Part shown: piece after piece, positions 23,201 through 34,586 of the stretch | How positions within the stretch are numbered: position 1 is the stretch's first letter | How the letters are laid out: the number at the start of each line of letters is the position of its first letter | Source: Klebsormidium nitens | Taxonomy: Eukaryota > Plantae > Klebsormidiophyceae | Assembly (NCBI GenBank): GCA_000708835.1 | Contig: DF237164.1 | Coordinates: 1-64,000 of the forward strand | DNA length: 64,000 nucleotides | Reading direction: 5' to 3' | Translations under genes and position numbers: made by a program | Notes under the pieces: model-generated | Databases searched by the model: none | What the model saw: the letters and a program-made list of their open reading frames with translations, nothing else | What the model was told of the DNA's origin: nothing

Positions 23201-24917
23201 TGAAAGTCTCAAATTGACTTTGTACCGAGTATCCCTTCCAGGCACGCCCGCGGCCCGCATGAAGCGCGTCCCCACGCAAGCCGTCAAGCAGCGCAGCCGG
23301 CAGCTGACGTCACTATTCGACTCGTTCGCGCCGTACAAGGACATGGAGGGCCGCGTGGAGCGCGTGTGGGTCACGGACACCGCCACCGACGGACACAAGC
23401 TGGTGAGGGCGTCCGAGTCTGACGTCAGCTTTCGTGGGACGGTTTGTGTGATTCTTCTTGGAGCCTCAGCCAACGGTGAAAAGCTGGGCGTCTGAAGCCG
23501 CTGACATCAGGTATCTGTAATCGGGCTTGAGTATGACTCTTTTTGTGAGACGCACCCAATGGTCAAAAGCTGGTGAGCGCGTCCGAAAACATGCCCCCAA
23601 CGTTCTGTAGCTGACGCACGCTTCTCCAACACCTCACGCCTCAGCTGACAGACTCGCAAAGGGCCTGGGGTTGGTCGAGAGGATCTGATGCACTTGAATC
23701 CACCGCTACTGGGGATAAAAGATTCGCCCGTTTAGCAATATCATAGCGGAGCTGGTGCCCGCTTGCAATCACTGCCATATCAGATATCCCTTGATCCCAC
23801 GCAGTCGGTTGACTCTGCTACCGACGCCCATTTCCTTCTGCTTCAGATTACCTTCCACGTTCCGTTTGCTTCATCAAAACGCTTCTTTCAGCCTTAAAGA
23901 GGGCGTCTAACCACGTGGTTCCGCGGCGGCCCCTTCGCAGAAGATCCTGTCCTCGTGTCGCCAAGAATCTGGTCACATGGTACCAAAAAAGCAACTTGGT
24001 ATGCGGGCATACGGGCTATGTGGTCCGTTACGGGTGACAGGACGCCCCTTTAACGCACATGAAATTTTGCGTTTCAGGTGGCCCACACCAAGAACTACAT
24101 CCAAGTCTTGCTCGAAGCTCAAGAAGGTCTCCTGGGCTCCAATGTGTACGTCCGCATCACCTCCGTCTCCCGGTGGTCCGTTACCGGGGAAGTCCTTGAA
24201 TTGCAGCCGGCTCAGACCCGACCGGTCGGTACCTCGTCAGTAGCAGAGCGACCGGTTGAGGCCTCATTGGTGGCAAAGCGACCGGTAGAAACTCCACCGA
24301 CTGAAAAGCGACCGGGAAAAGCTGCAACGGTGGCAACGCAAGATGGGGCGAAGCGACCGGTGGAGACACAACCGACTGGAAAGCGAACAGGAGAGAGCCA
24401 ACCGGTGGATGAGCGATCGGTAGAGGAGACATCGGGACCTTTGACAAGTGTCAAGACGGAAGAAGACCGAGAAACGGGGTCGTATGAAGGTATTAGGGGG
24501 CAGAACTCCGCAGTGGCGCGGGGCTTGGGGGTTTCGGATGGGGGGTGCGCATGCGGAAACGCCGAGACGTGCTGCTCGGCGGGCGAAGGGAACGGGCTGC
24601 TGGAAAGCGATGGCTGCTGTGGTGAGTCTCGATTCATTAGTGAGCGACAAGCAGAGGAAAAAAGCGCGGTAAGCGGGGGTGACGAAGAGCGGAAGGCCGA
24701 GGGGGGGGTGGAAGCGAGTCCGGTGAGTCACATAGGAGTAGAGGCGGAAACGGAGGCGGAAGGCGTAGAAACCTCAGAAGCGTGGCTGCCAAAGAAGTCT
24801 GACGTGGTGCTGGGTAGTCCGTTTCTGGGGAGCGCTGTCGACCTTCTACTCGTAGGGGGGATCGCGATCGGGATCGCTGGGCTCGTAGCGACAGGCTATC
24901 TGTGGACTTACAGCTAA
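17273..24917 (+). CDS. CDKAL1: Threonylcarbamoyladenosine tRNA methylthiotransferase (MtaB/CDKAL1 family, radical SAM)
   Basis: Exons 17273-17482, 17845-17936, 18491-18740, 19392-19587, 21253-21461, 22100-22208, 22639-22731, 23242-23402 and 24078-24917 join in frame with GT-AG borders. Motifs: [38 protein letters not shown] (CxxxCxxC), [36 protein letters not shown]-like [10 protein letters not shown], and a C-terminal hydrophobic anchor. Confidence 0.96.
20560..21380 (+). repeat. Five tandem copies (154-181 bp) of CDKAL1 intron-4 acceptor plus exon-5 start; only the last is the real exon
   Basis: AG|GCCGC starts at 20592, 20773, 20938, 21099 and 21253. The first four copies translate as variants of [16 protein letters not shown].. 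and run into stops or frameshifts. Confidence 0.92.
23385..23590 (+). repeat. Three ~85-bp copies of CDKAL1 exon-8 end plus donor
   Basis: ACGGACACAAGCTG|GTGAGGGCGTCCGA (true donor 23403); ACGGTGAAAAGCTGGGCGTCTGA (~23473); ATGGTCAAAAGCTG|GTGAGCGCGTCCGA (donor-like 23573). Confidence 0.75.
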
Positions 24918-26159
24918 GCCGTCTTTAGCACCGTCCGCCTGATTGACACGCTGCGGGAATGATTCCACCGCCCCCTCGGATGCATTGCCAGAAGTGCTTA
25001 AGTCTATTCATGTCCTGACGGTTCTTGTATAGAAGAATGAGCGCGTTCCAATACTGCTGCCTTCTGCGTGCATCAATCTCAGTTGAATATCCGGAATTTA
25101 CGGTCGGACACTCACACTGGAAATAAACTCAATTTATCGGACTAGCTTGACTTGCAAATTAGTAGCACGACAGATGATTACGCATGTGGAACGGCATGCC
25201 TTACGCATCTATTAAAAGGTGACGGGCTAGTATACATGCTATTGTGTGCTCTGAGGATGACGGCCATCATTATGTGACGTACAGCTGCATAATATGTGTC
25301 GTATGCAGGATTCTACGTACTCAAGCGAGGCGCCCCATGCACATGTGTGCTAGCATCCGAGTCTAGCAAACAACCTTTGGCCGTGCGGGCATGGATTGCC
25401 TGCATGACGGTACAGCGCGCTCCTTCATGCAATCCCGACAATTAGCAGTGCAACGACGGTGGGCCCATGATGATGCTCACGCAGAGCTTTCAATTGCAAC
25501 GATCTTGCGTTTCTTGCTTGTGCACCTCGATCGGAAGATCGAGTCGAGTCCAGTACTGGTACCGCTTTGGCATGCATGGTGATTGAAGACCTCTCCCCGG
25601 GCCAGTTGACAACGCCAGGTGACGTGCCGAGGGACTCGGTAGGTTCTCGAACAGCCCGGCCAGTAGAGTTGTACACTGACATAAAGCCCTCAGACTTTGA
25701 GGGTGCCGACCGGGGCGCACTTTCGGACCCTCCCGGGGCATAACCGACGTGGCCGGGAGTCGGCGCGAGTCACCGGCGGTCAGCCCCTAGCACGGGTCAC
25801 GCGCCGGAACGTGACCAGCCGCTCCGTTCAGGACCAATCAGCGCTTGCTTTTGACAGGAGCACGAGCGCGCCCTCCCGTGTCGCGATCCTTTGAAAAGGT
25901 GTCTGACTCTGAACAAAAGTTCTTGCATGTGCGCAAAAGCCTAGGCCCAGGGTCAAACGCTGGTTGATCCTCTTCACTATTTGTTGTAGAAGCTGCCTGC
26001 GGGCTGCTGTTAGACACGTCACGCTGCCAATGAGAGCAGCTGAGACATCTTGCACAGACATCAGCAGCTTGCTTTTAACGACAATCTGAACAAAAGCAAA
26101 GAGTCTGAGGCGCTTCTTGAGAAGGCTTCCCAAAAGATCCAAAACGTGTTGAGTCAATC

Positions 26160-27732
26160 ATGGCGTTGCAGGGCCATCAGCAGCGTTGCGCTAAGCAGGA
26201 AAGGGAAGCAATAAGCGCGTTTTTCGATGGAAAACTATCCCCCCAAACAGTTGACCTCCTTGTCCATGGAGGCTTCACAGCCTCCGTCTTTCAACGGCTC
26301 AGGAAACATGAGCTGCCAACGCTATCTCGTGTCTTGAATGAGCTCCACATCAAGCTCTCTGACCAAGAAAGAGAGGCCATGGAGCAATGCGCTGAATGGA
26401 ACTCTATCCCAGGTGAGGGGTGGAAGAGAAGGCTGCACAAATTCTGAACAAAAGTTGGGTGCTTGGATCTAAGGTGACGACGTATGTTTCTCCAGAAAAG
26501 TACCCCACAATCTGCTGTAAACATCCGTGGAATGTCAGAAAAACTTGTTGAGACTCTTACTGGCCAGACAGATTTTGTCCAAGTTTCATCTTCCATGTTC
26601 CACGAATGTTCCGAGGAGATTCGTTACAAAAGTTCCTGGCTTTGTACAGACTCGCTTTCTCTCGGGGCTGGTTGAAACTAAGTGAAATGTAGAGGGAGCA
26701 GGGCTGAGCAGACGTCAAATCATCTTCATGCTTCCTGATCCATATGTCTCTGCTGTTTCAGAAATTCTATAAACGCTGTTGATTCGCATTCCAGAAGTTT
26801 AGTGGGATTGGCAGAACAAATACTGGGATCTGCACTACTTCATTTCTTTCACTGATACCTGCATCCAGATCGAGTCAATCCTTGCAGGGGTCTCATCAAA
26901 GTTGTTCCAAAGCAGGCCTCTGAGCCCCCAAAGCGACGTTCCTTGCAACACGAAGTCAGCTTGAAACAAGAGATAAAGAGTTGTCCCAGATTGCACCGTT
27001 TTCCCCTCAGCGGGTTCAAAATCATTGAAGTTCGTTCCAGCCGCCAACCAATGATTATCAAGTGGGCACCTTGTTCTTTTGTTCCAGCCTCTTGTCACAG
27101 AAGGGCCGTTGCCGTTTTCCAGAAAAAGGGTGTCCCTTCAACCTTTTGAAGTCAACAATTCCCATCGTGGAACCCGCTGCTTTGAGAGGTCCAAGACACG
27201 CCTTCCTTATCTTGCAATATCATCTGCTTCTGCTGACTTGTCCTTGCCATGTGACCCTTTCATTCCAGTGCCGAGCGGGGAGAAAAGTACGTGCCAAGGA
27301 AGCGTTGTTCGACCCGACGAGCAGGAGCTCGTAAAGTATCGCCAGAGGGCCTCTGGTTGGGTTGACAAGGACCGTTACTTAAGCGAGTACCTGGCATTCG
27401 AAGGCCAGGCATCCTACGGGCAGGAAGTGGACATCGAAGCAGGGTGGGGCGCTTCTCGTGACGAGAAACAAACTTCGAATGACATGGGAGACCAACCGGG
27501 TTGTTTGCGACTTGGCCCACTCTTCTTGACAAAGGATGACAGGCACTTGAGCTTTGCTTTGCAAGAGGTGGACGCGGACTCGGATCCACAAGCTAAAGAG
27601 TTCGACCGCCTCATCGTGAACGCTGCCATGGCAACTAGGGAGCTGAATACGATTCTGAAGGCAGGAGCGTCTGATCGGCCGCGCCAAAGGAAGACGTACG
27701 ATCCATCAAGAGTGCTGTTTGTTCGTTCGTAA
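26160..27732 (+). CDS. Hypothetical multi-exon protein (N-terminal SAM-like helical segment)
   Basis: ORF 26160-26411 (..LLVHGGFTASVFQRLRKHELPTL..LKLSDQER..) ends at a CAG|GTGAG donor. ORF to 27732 has a protein-like composition (YLSEYLAFEGQ..EFDRLIVNAAMATRELNTIL). The middle exons are not resolved. Confidence 0.4.
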
Positions 27733-28622
27733 GTGGGGGTCAGAGAACGCGGTCGTGAACGTTGGCAAAGCAGACAAACTGTATCGCCAGAAGTCAAACA
27801 GCGGATCTCTATTTATGAATTGCGAGTAACAGTGATTGAAAGCATGCAGCCTTCAGAAACTTTGCCGCTTCGCATGAGAGAGAGGTGGCACGCGTGTCAA
27901 ATAAGATGATGAAAATGCCGCCTGGCAGCTGCAGATTCTACGACGCCTCTGCTTCACAAATGCACGATGAGCTCGCACCGATTTTCGAGTCTGTAACGGT
28001 GCAAGAATGATATAGCATATACACAGGCCCAATCAACGCTCAAACCGAAGAGTGATCAATTGCAGATGGAGGTCGAGCGTGTATATAATCTTACATGCAT
28101 GATACGCGGAGACTTGTTCAAAACATACTCGTGTGGCAGTCAGCCTTGTTGCAAGCCGTGCCAAATTCATCGTGTTGCACGTAACCCGTATCCATCGTAA
28201 GCGCTCGCTGGTCGAGAGAGCCCATAATACGTCTTTCAGCTTTCAGTGCTAAGTAGCTTGGACGTGGTGCTGAAGCTGGGTGGCGCTACCAACTTGCAAA
28301 ACCCTGGCCACCGCCTGCCGTCCGTCTAAGAAGATCTGGCACAAGCTCCGTCCATTGCCAGCGGCACTTCGCGGCGGCCGCGCATCACTGACTCTGAGCG
28401 GAGGGCGGCCGCCCGTTGCACGCGTCCTGGTACCGACCGGCCGCGCCGGACCATGTAAGTCCTGACCTGAACCCTGCGTAAACCTCTCGCCCCACGAAAG
28501 GCCGGCCGCGGACTAATCTGACCGCGGGCCGCGTTACGACAAACGGTTATCCTTGTTGGCCTGGAAGGTCACTGCGCCGCAAAGGCGCATTGCCCTAGTG
28601 TCCTTCGTCACAGAAAAGCAGA

Positions 28623-30410
28623 ATGGGTTCAAACACGTTCCACCAGGGTGCCTTGAAATTTGCTGGAGGCAAGACGCTCAACATCCTTCAGTATTGCTAT
28701 CTGATGCTTTTCTGGGGAACAAACCGGCTCAAGCGAAATAAGGAGAGTCTGGAAAGCTACCCAGATCCTATCCGAGAGTCCGTCGGCCTTCCTCTTGGTC
28801 CTGAAAACGCCTTCTTTGTGAGCTCGAAAGAGTTTCTTGATCTACCAAAAGAAATGCAGGTGAGAGTGCATTTTAGCAAACGGCTTTGTTCAGCTTCTGC
28901 AGGGACTCAGAATCTGAAGCTGATCGCTTGCTAATGCTCAGATAGCAGCCTTCACGAATGCTTACTGGCTCAAGGATAGGGGTTGCTAGCTCCGTGCAGT
29001 GAAGCATGATGTTAAAATTCGGGTAGAGAAATCAAAGCGTTGATTCTTCGATGTCTGATAGGGTGTCACATCCTGGGCACGTTTCTGGTCTCAATTTGTT
29101 GTTCATGTAGAGGCACAGAGAAGATTGAGGAGAAAAAGAATGGATATTCAGGTAGGCGTTTATGCAGATCCTAATGGTTACAGAGCTCACGGAAAATTGA
29201 TTTTCTCATTTGAGAGGAATCACAAGGAAGCGACCAGTAAAGCTCAAGAAGTGGCACAAGTGGCACTATCGTTGAACTTCATCCCCTGTGAATATAGCTT
29301 GACAACAACTTCAATCCTTTTCAGCCCTTCTCAGTATTGCCAGGAATCACAAGCATTCTCGCTAAGTAGTTCCTCAAGAAATTGAAAGGAAAGGAGCGAA
29401 CGCCGTTTGGGAGCTTCTCCAGGGCAAAGCATCTTCAGCAAGTTAGCTTCTACCTGGTGCAGCTCAAAAAAGCTCGAACAGACTGGAAGATGTCCATTTA
29501 CGCTTTCTTGCAGGATCGGTTTCTTCAGACACAGAAGTTTGAAGAGGTATGGGACAGCGACGTGGGACTTGAGCTCAACAGTGACGGGCGTAAGGAGAGA
29601 GCGGAGCTCTTCCAGAACATGACTGCAAACGACTGGGTGCCTATGAAAGATGGATCAGGGCTGGAGTGGAAAAGGGTCGAGAGGTCATACTACGGTGAAT
29701 TTTGGACCAATTGGATTGCCGTCAACATATTGAGACCATGGGGCTTGTGCTTGGAAGGAGAGGTATGGTATCAAGGTAAGCAACGCATGTCCAAGGGACC
29801 GCTTTGCGGATCAGTTGGTCGTCCTCTCCAAGCATCGAGAGTGTTCAAAGCTTGTCCTGGGCTACTAAAGAATGGATCTATCTAGAGTCAAATGAATCAG
29901 AGATTGTGCAGCAGAGTATGACCATACTGGTGGCTCTCAATGTGGTCACGAAAGCATGTTCTACTGATCCCAGAACCTCTGACCTTCAAGTCATTGATGT
30001 TCACTTTGCGAAGTCGCTGCTTGCCCTCAGGATTTCAAGATCTGTCGTCCCTGCCTTTTTTAACGGCTGAGCTCCGCCACTTGGACCTGAATACACTGCT
30101 GCTCCTCAAATTCTCACGCAGGGGAGGAACACGATGACACCGGCAGACTAGTCGCACTCGAGGACGGCTCCATTGTGAAACAGGAGGCTTGCTCTGGTGA
30201 GATCCACAACATGCTCGGCGCAGCTGCGAGCAACGACGTGGAGCTGGCCAAGACTTTACCGCGCGAGCAACTCACGTTGAAGGACGCGTTTGGCAGGACG
30301 CCCCTCATGCTGGCCGCTTTTTTCAAAGCCTATGAGATGCTCGACTGGCTGAGCGGTCAGTTGCGAGGAGACGAGTGGCAACTGGACGCGCAGTACACTC
30401 AACTGGCAAG
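28623..30410 (+). CDS. Hypothetical multi-exon protein with ankyrin-like segment
   Basis: Open segments end at donors near 28860 (ATGCAG|GTGAG) and 29776 (CAAG|GTAAG). Segment 30121-30409 has KDAFGRTPLMLAAF (ankyrin TPL motif). The exon chain is not fully resolved. Confidence 0.45.
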
Positions 30411-30881
30411 TGTTCGGCGCATTCCCTATGTGTCTGCTTGCATTCAGATTTATCGATTTGCATCTTCGACTACACGGAGACTTGGGGTTCCTTTTGAGGT
30501 TGGATAACCGTAAGGTAACTGCTTGCGTCAGATAAAGTTAAATGCTGCTCAATTGACTCCATTACGATAATAGTTCGCTCAAGCGGGCACCTCTTTGCCT
30601 ACCTTCGATTACAACGACAGTCGACTCAACTTTTTTGTGAAGATATTCTGTCTCATGTATTCTACTGTACATTACAAGCTCTGTCCTGGTGTTGACCGTT
30701 GTCGAAGCAAGCTTTACAAACCTGTCATAGTTAGCGTCTTTCTAACCGCGAAAGATAGTCAGGTGGGACGCAAAAGGGCCCTTTCGAGCCAGCTGACCTC
30801 AGACAGCCCGGAATTTGTGCACAGTTCAGGGACCTCGAGAACATGAATGAAAATGGAAACATGACAAAGTTTGTCTTTTGA

Positions 30882-31745
30882 ATGCAGCCTACCCATTGGC
30901 ACGCGCAGCCCGATTACGACTCCGCCACCCTCTTCCACTTTCTGGCCGACCTCGACCCGTCAAATCCGACAGTCCCCCGCCTTCTAAAACGACTAACAAA
31001 CGCCGGTGTTGAGCCAAGCATGCTGGAGGGGTTTGCGTATTTTTCTCTCAGGGAAGATTCCTGGCACAACCCTTTGACCTGCGCCGTCTTCTCGGAGAAC
31101 CTCCCCGTCACCGAGTTCTTGCTGGCTCACGGGGCGGATCCGAATTGCGTCCACTATGACCGCATCCGTATCATTGGCTTGCCATATTACGGTCCGCAAA
31201 TGTCCTGCGCCTCGTGGCCACTCGTCCACGCGGCGACGCGCGCGGAGACGCGCTTTGTGAAGCTGCTGCTCGCGCACGGCGCGAGCGCGCACGTGGAGAG
31301 AAAGCCCGCTTTCTACTGCGAGGACGAGACGCATACCGAGGCCTTCAGTTGCGGCGCGTGGGGGCGAGCCCCGGGCGTCATGACGCCGTTGCACTTTGCG
31401 GCTTACAACGGCAGTTTCGAGAGCGTGCGCGCGCTCGTCCTGCACGGAGCCGACTTTACGAAACGGTGCATCTTCTCTGGAAAGGACGCGGTTCAGTTTC
31501 TGAGGACGCCGAGAGAAACGGTCGAAGAGGGGTTGAGGGCAGAGCACGGTACGTTCAATAGAGATCAGCCGTTCGACGAGAGCCTCGTAGCTGGGTCGTT
31601 GATCGAGTACGACAGAGCAGTCCGTGAAGCCGTGCGCGTGCGAAGGCTGTTAGTGCTTGGTTGCCTCCGAGCTTGCAAGCCGAGAGATTTCTCAGATGAA
31701 GTTCTTGCTGCTATCTTTCAAGTCGCAAATCTTACCTATCCATAG
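30882..31745 (+). CDS. Ankyrin-repeat protein (uninterrupted ORF or large terminal exon)
   Basis: Three ankyrin-like units: HNPLTCAV..VTEFLLAHGADPN; WPLVHAA..FVKLLLAHGA; TPLHFAAYNGSFESVRALVLHGAD. A TGCAG acceptor-like site overlaps the start. Confidence 0.8.
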   Translation: MQPTHWHAQPDYDSATLFHFLADLDPSNPTVPRLLKRLTNAGVEPSMLEGFAYFSLREDSWHNPLTCAVFSENLPVTEFLLAHGADPNCVHYDRIRIIGLPYYGPQMSCASWPLVHAATRAETRFVKLLLAHGASAHVERKPAFYCEDETHTEAFSCGAWGRAPGVMTPLHFAAYNGSFESVRALVLHGADFTKRCIFSGKDAVQFLRTPRETVEEGLRAEHGTFNRDQPFDESLVAGSLIEYDRAVREAVRVRRLLVLGCLRACKPRDFSDEVLAAIFQVANLTYP

Positions 31746-32576
31746 CTGACTTGTGGTCCTCTTCACGGCCCTCTTTCTTAACAAGAAAAGATGGACTTTG
31801 ATTAGCAGTCTGTCAAACAAGCGTTTGCAGTTTGTAAAACGAAGTAGGTGGGATGGTGTTTCGAAGCACTGTTGTTCCAGCAAAGAATGTGTATCAACGG
31901 CTAGAGATTATTTTGGAGCGCCGTGGCTGCTGAGTCAAACAATTCAACACCGTTCAAACGGGGTTCAAACACTATGGATTGGCCGGAGTGTGAAAGCATG
32001 TTGCAGGATTGTCGTGATGCAGGCAATGAGGCTACAAAAACCATACGTTATGCAGCTCGAACTACATGATCCGAACCGGATTGCAATCCAGCATATCTAT
32101 TCACCTGTCCCCTACTACCTGTCCTTATAACTCTCCTTAGATGTATTGTAGAACCTGGGCTTCAATGAAAACAATTAACCTCTGCATGATCCGCTGACGA
32201 GGATTTCGGGATCAGTGCACGTCTTGATGGACAATTGGATGTGCAGATTATACCCATTGCTCCTTTGCCATGGTCCCATGGCCAAACGTGTATGACTGTG
32301 TATGCATGATAGGTATCATGATATCACCGGTACTACCGGTATCCCGGTACCAATGTCGTGCAGTCGCGTATGCCGGTACCCCCGGGCCCGGTTCCGCTGA
32401 GCGATGATCAGCCGCGCGTGCGCACCGCGGCACGCGCGCATTATCAAGACCTGTGATCGTTGAAGGGTTGCTCTGCTCCTGAGCTCCATTCATTTTCTTG
32501 CCAGTGTCGGGCAAAAGGTGCTTGCCGTAAGGAGGGCTGTGAGTTGCCCCGGTGATCATCGCTGGTGGTGCTGCCA

Positions 32577-33059
32577 ATGTCTTGGTGCGTTCAATCTTTG
32601 GGGATCTCGCGCAGCTACCTTGTAAGTCCACGTTTGCGGCCCCTCCCGTCCGGCTGCCGCCCTACCACCACGCTCGTTCGGCGGGCATTCGCAAGGCAGG
32701 GCGCCACCGCTCGTGCGGTGGCAGAGAAACAAGAGATGTTCCGCCACGTTGTGCTGCTCACAGTGAACGGAGATGCTGATGTGGAACGGATAGTCAGAGA
32801 GCTGAACGGTCTCCCTCAGGTCATCCCCGAGCTGCTCAGTTACAGTGCGGGCCGCGACGCAGGCATGGCTCCTGGCAATGCAAGCATCGCAGTGGTGGCC
32901 GACTTTAAAAATGTTGAGGATTATGTCAAGTACCGGGACCACGCGGAGCACCAGCGCATCATCGCTGAGCTCATCAAGCCCTTCTCCACAGGCCGCACCG
33001 CTGTGCAGTACGAGATCCCTGCAGAGAAGGTGCAGGGGGGGCCGGAAGGCACAAAGTGA
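32577..33059 (+). CDS. Stress-responsive A/B barrel (Dabb) domain protein with N-terminal transit-peptide-like extension, intronless
   Basis: FRHVVLL..LNGLPQVIPELLSYSAGRD..GN..IAVVADF..Y..YRDHAEHQ..IKP..RTAVQYE. It is preceded by ~53 aa rich in Arg/Ser/Ala/Thr with no acidic residues until near the domain. Confidence 0.88.
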   Translation: MSWCVQSLGISRSYLVSPRLRPLPSGCRPTTTLVRRAFARQGATARAVAEKQEMFRHVVLLTVNGDADVERIVRELNGLPQVIPELLSYSAGRDAGMAPGNASIAVVADFKNVEDYVKYRDHAEHQRIIAELIKPFSTGRTAVQYEIPAEKVQGGPEGTK

Positions 33060-34586
33060 GGTGCGGCATTCTGGCCACAATAGGTAGTATGGAGCAAGCG
33101 CGTCCGTTGTGTGTTACACTCATGGCTGGAGTCTTGCAATGTTTCAACGTCAGAGAAAACTTCCATGGTAAAGTTGCAGAATTGCTGGTACTTCTGGTCT
33201 TTGAGCAGGACACGGGTGCAGCGTTGATCATAGTATTGCAGGGACTTTTACATTGGGGCTAGTCTAAAGTGCCCTTGTCTCTTTGGCTTTCTAATTGCAG
33301 GGGCATCGCCAAGCAATGTGCGAGAATTTGAGCAGGGGGATATCCGTGAACATGCGTTTAAACCTTCCGCTGTAGGTTGTGGTTCCTTTCCCTTGCTGAT
33401 CGGATTGAGGAGGGTGCTAAAGCTAAGCACTCTTGTTGATGTGTGGGCAATCTAACTTGTTTTGGAATTTAAGCCCTGCTCAAAAAGTAGCGGAATGGTG
33501 GCACTGAAGTGAAATGTAGCACTGGGGTATTGCATACCACTGGGGTATTGCATCTTAGTCGAATCAGAAAAGATGGCCGATGTGATCGCACACGTACTTC
33601 CAGGTTAGATCCCAAGTATATTCATTATTGAAAGCTTTGGGTCATCGCATGCTGGGCTTGGTTTGATTCAGCTCATGGGATCTTCAATGTCCCAGCTAGG
33701 GCATAAATTGCGGTTGAACTGGCTTTGAAATGTACAGTGACGCGTTAAACCACCGTCATGTTTCTAGTCCGGAGTCCCCGTTCGATCAAGTGTTCTTCAG
33801 CTTAAGTGTGCGATCCCGCGTTGCTAGTTTTGACAAATTTTCAGCTGGGCTTGTCCTTCTCATGGGCGACCGTATGTCCATCTGACTCATGCTAGCAGAA
33901 GAAGTATACATTCAAGTTGAAATCTCATATTAAGTAGACCTTGGTGCTTGGCGGCCCAGTGCAATTGAAAGCAGTCAGGGTTCATCATTCAATGCCTACG
34001 TTGATCATGTGACTGTTGTTTTGAGGAGTACGAACTCACACGGCTGCCGCCGGCATCCGGATCGAGCTTGTATGTTGAAAATCTCTATGCTCAGGCTGTA
34101 TACTAGCAGTCTGAGTAAGATCGACCGTTGTGTCATATGCAGAAGTTCGAATGCAAGAGCGATCCCCGCCTACCATACCTTTGTATCTAATTGGCCGCCT
34201 TAGCCATTGTGATCGAAAGGCCCAATATGACGAACTATCAAAAAATGACATGAGTTCTCATCACGTGTGTCATCAAAGACACATCGCCACAACCTTTTGC
34301 TCTTCCACAGGCGCCCAATCTCACTTGCGCTAAAATGTCAAGCATGGTGAACAGCGATTCGTGCTCATGCAATCGCTTGCTGTGCCGTCACGACGAATGA
34401 ATCAAGGGTGCTACTCAAGTTACCTCCACAACATGATTCAGTCAGACAGGGGGACCATATGTGGATGCCATCATTGCAATGCAATGGTTCGGAGACTGAA
34501 CCACACGGATCACGAGCTCAAACAAAGCTTAAGACGTGCCAGCAATGTGTTTGTAGCTTTCGCGCCGACTTCGTTGAGTCCCACTG

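Noticed and set aside
24181-24731. Antisense ORFs over CDKAL1 exon 9 (also 648-1235, 30993-31547, 32556-33080, 63147-63611)
   Set aside because: Shadow ORFs typical of GC3-rich coding DNA; the sense frames carry the recognisable motifs.
33520-33553. Short tandem duplication CACTGGGGTATTGCAT x2 (also the 26-bp pair at 35508/35559 in a SEC11 intron)
   Set aside because: Ordinary small duplications that do not include a splice site. They are useful only as background for the echo test.
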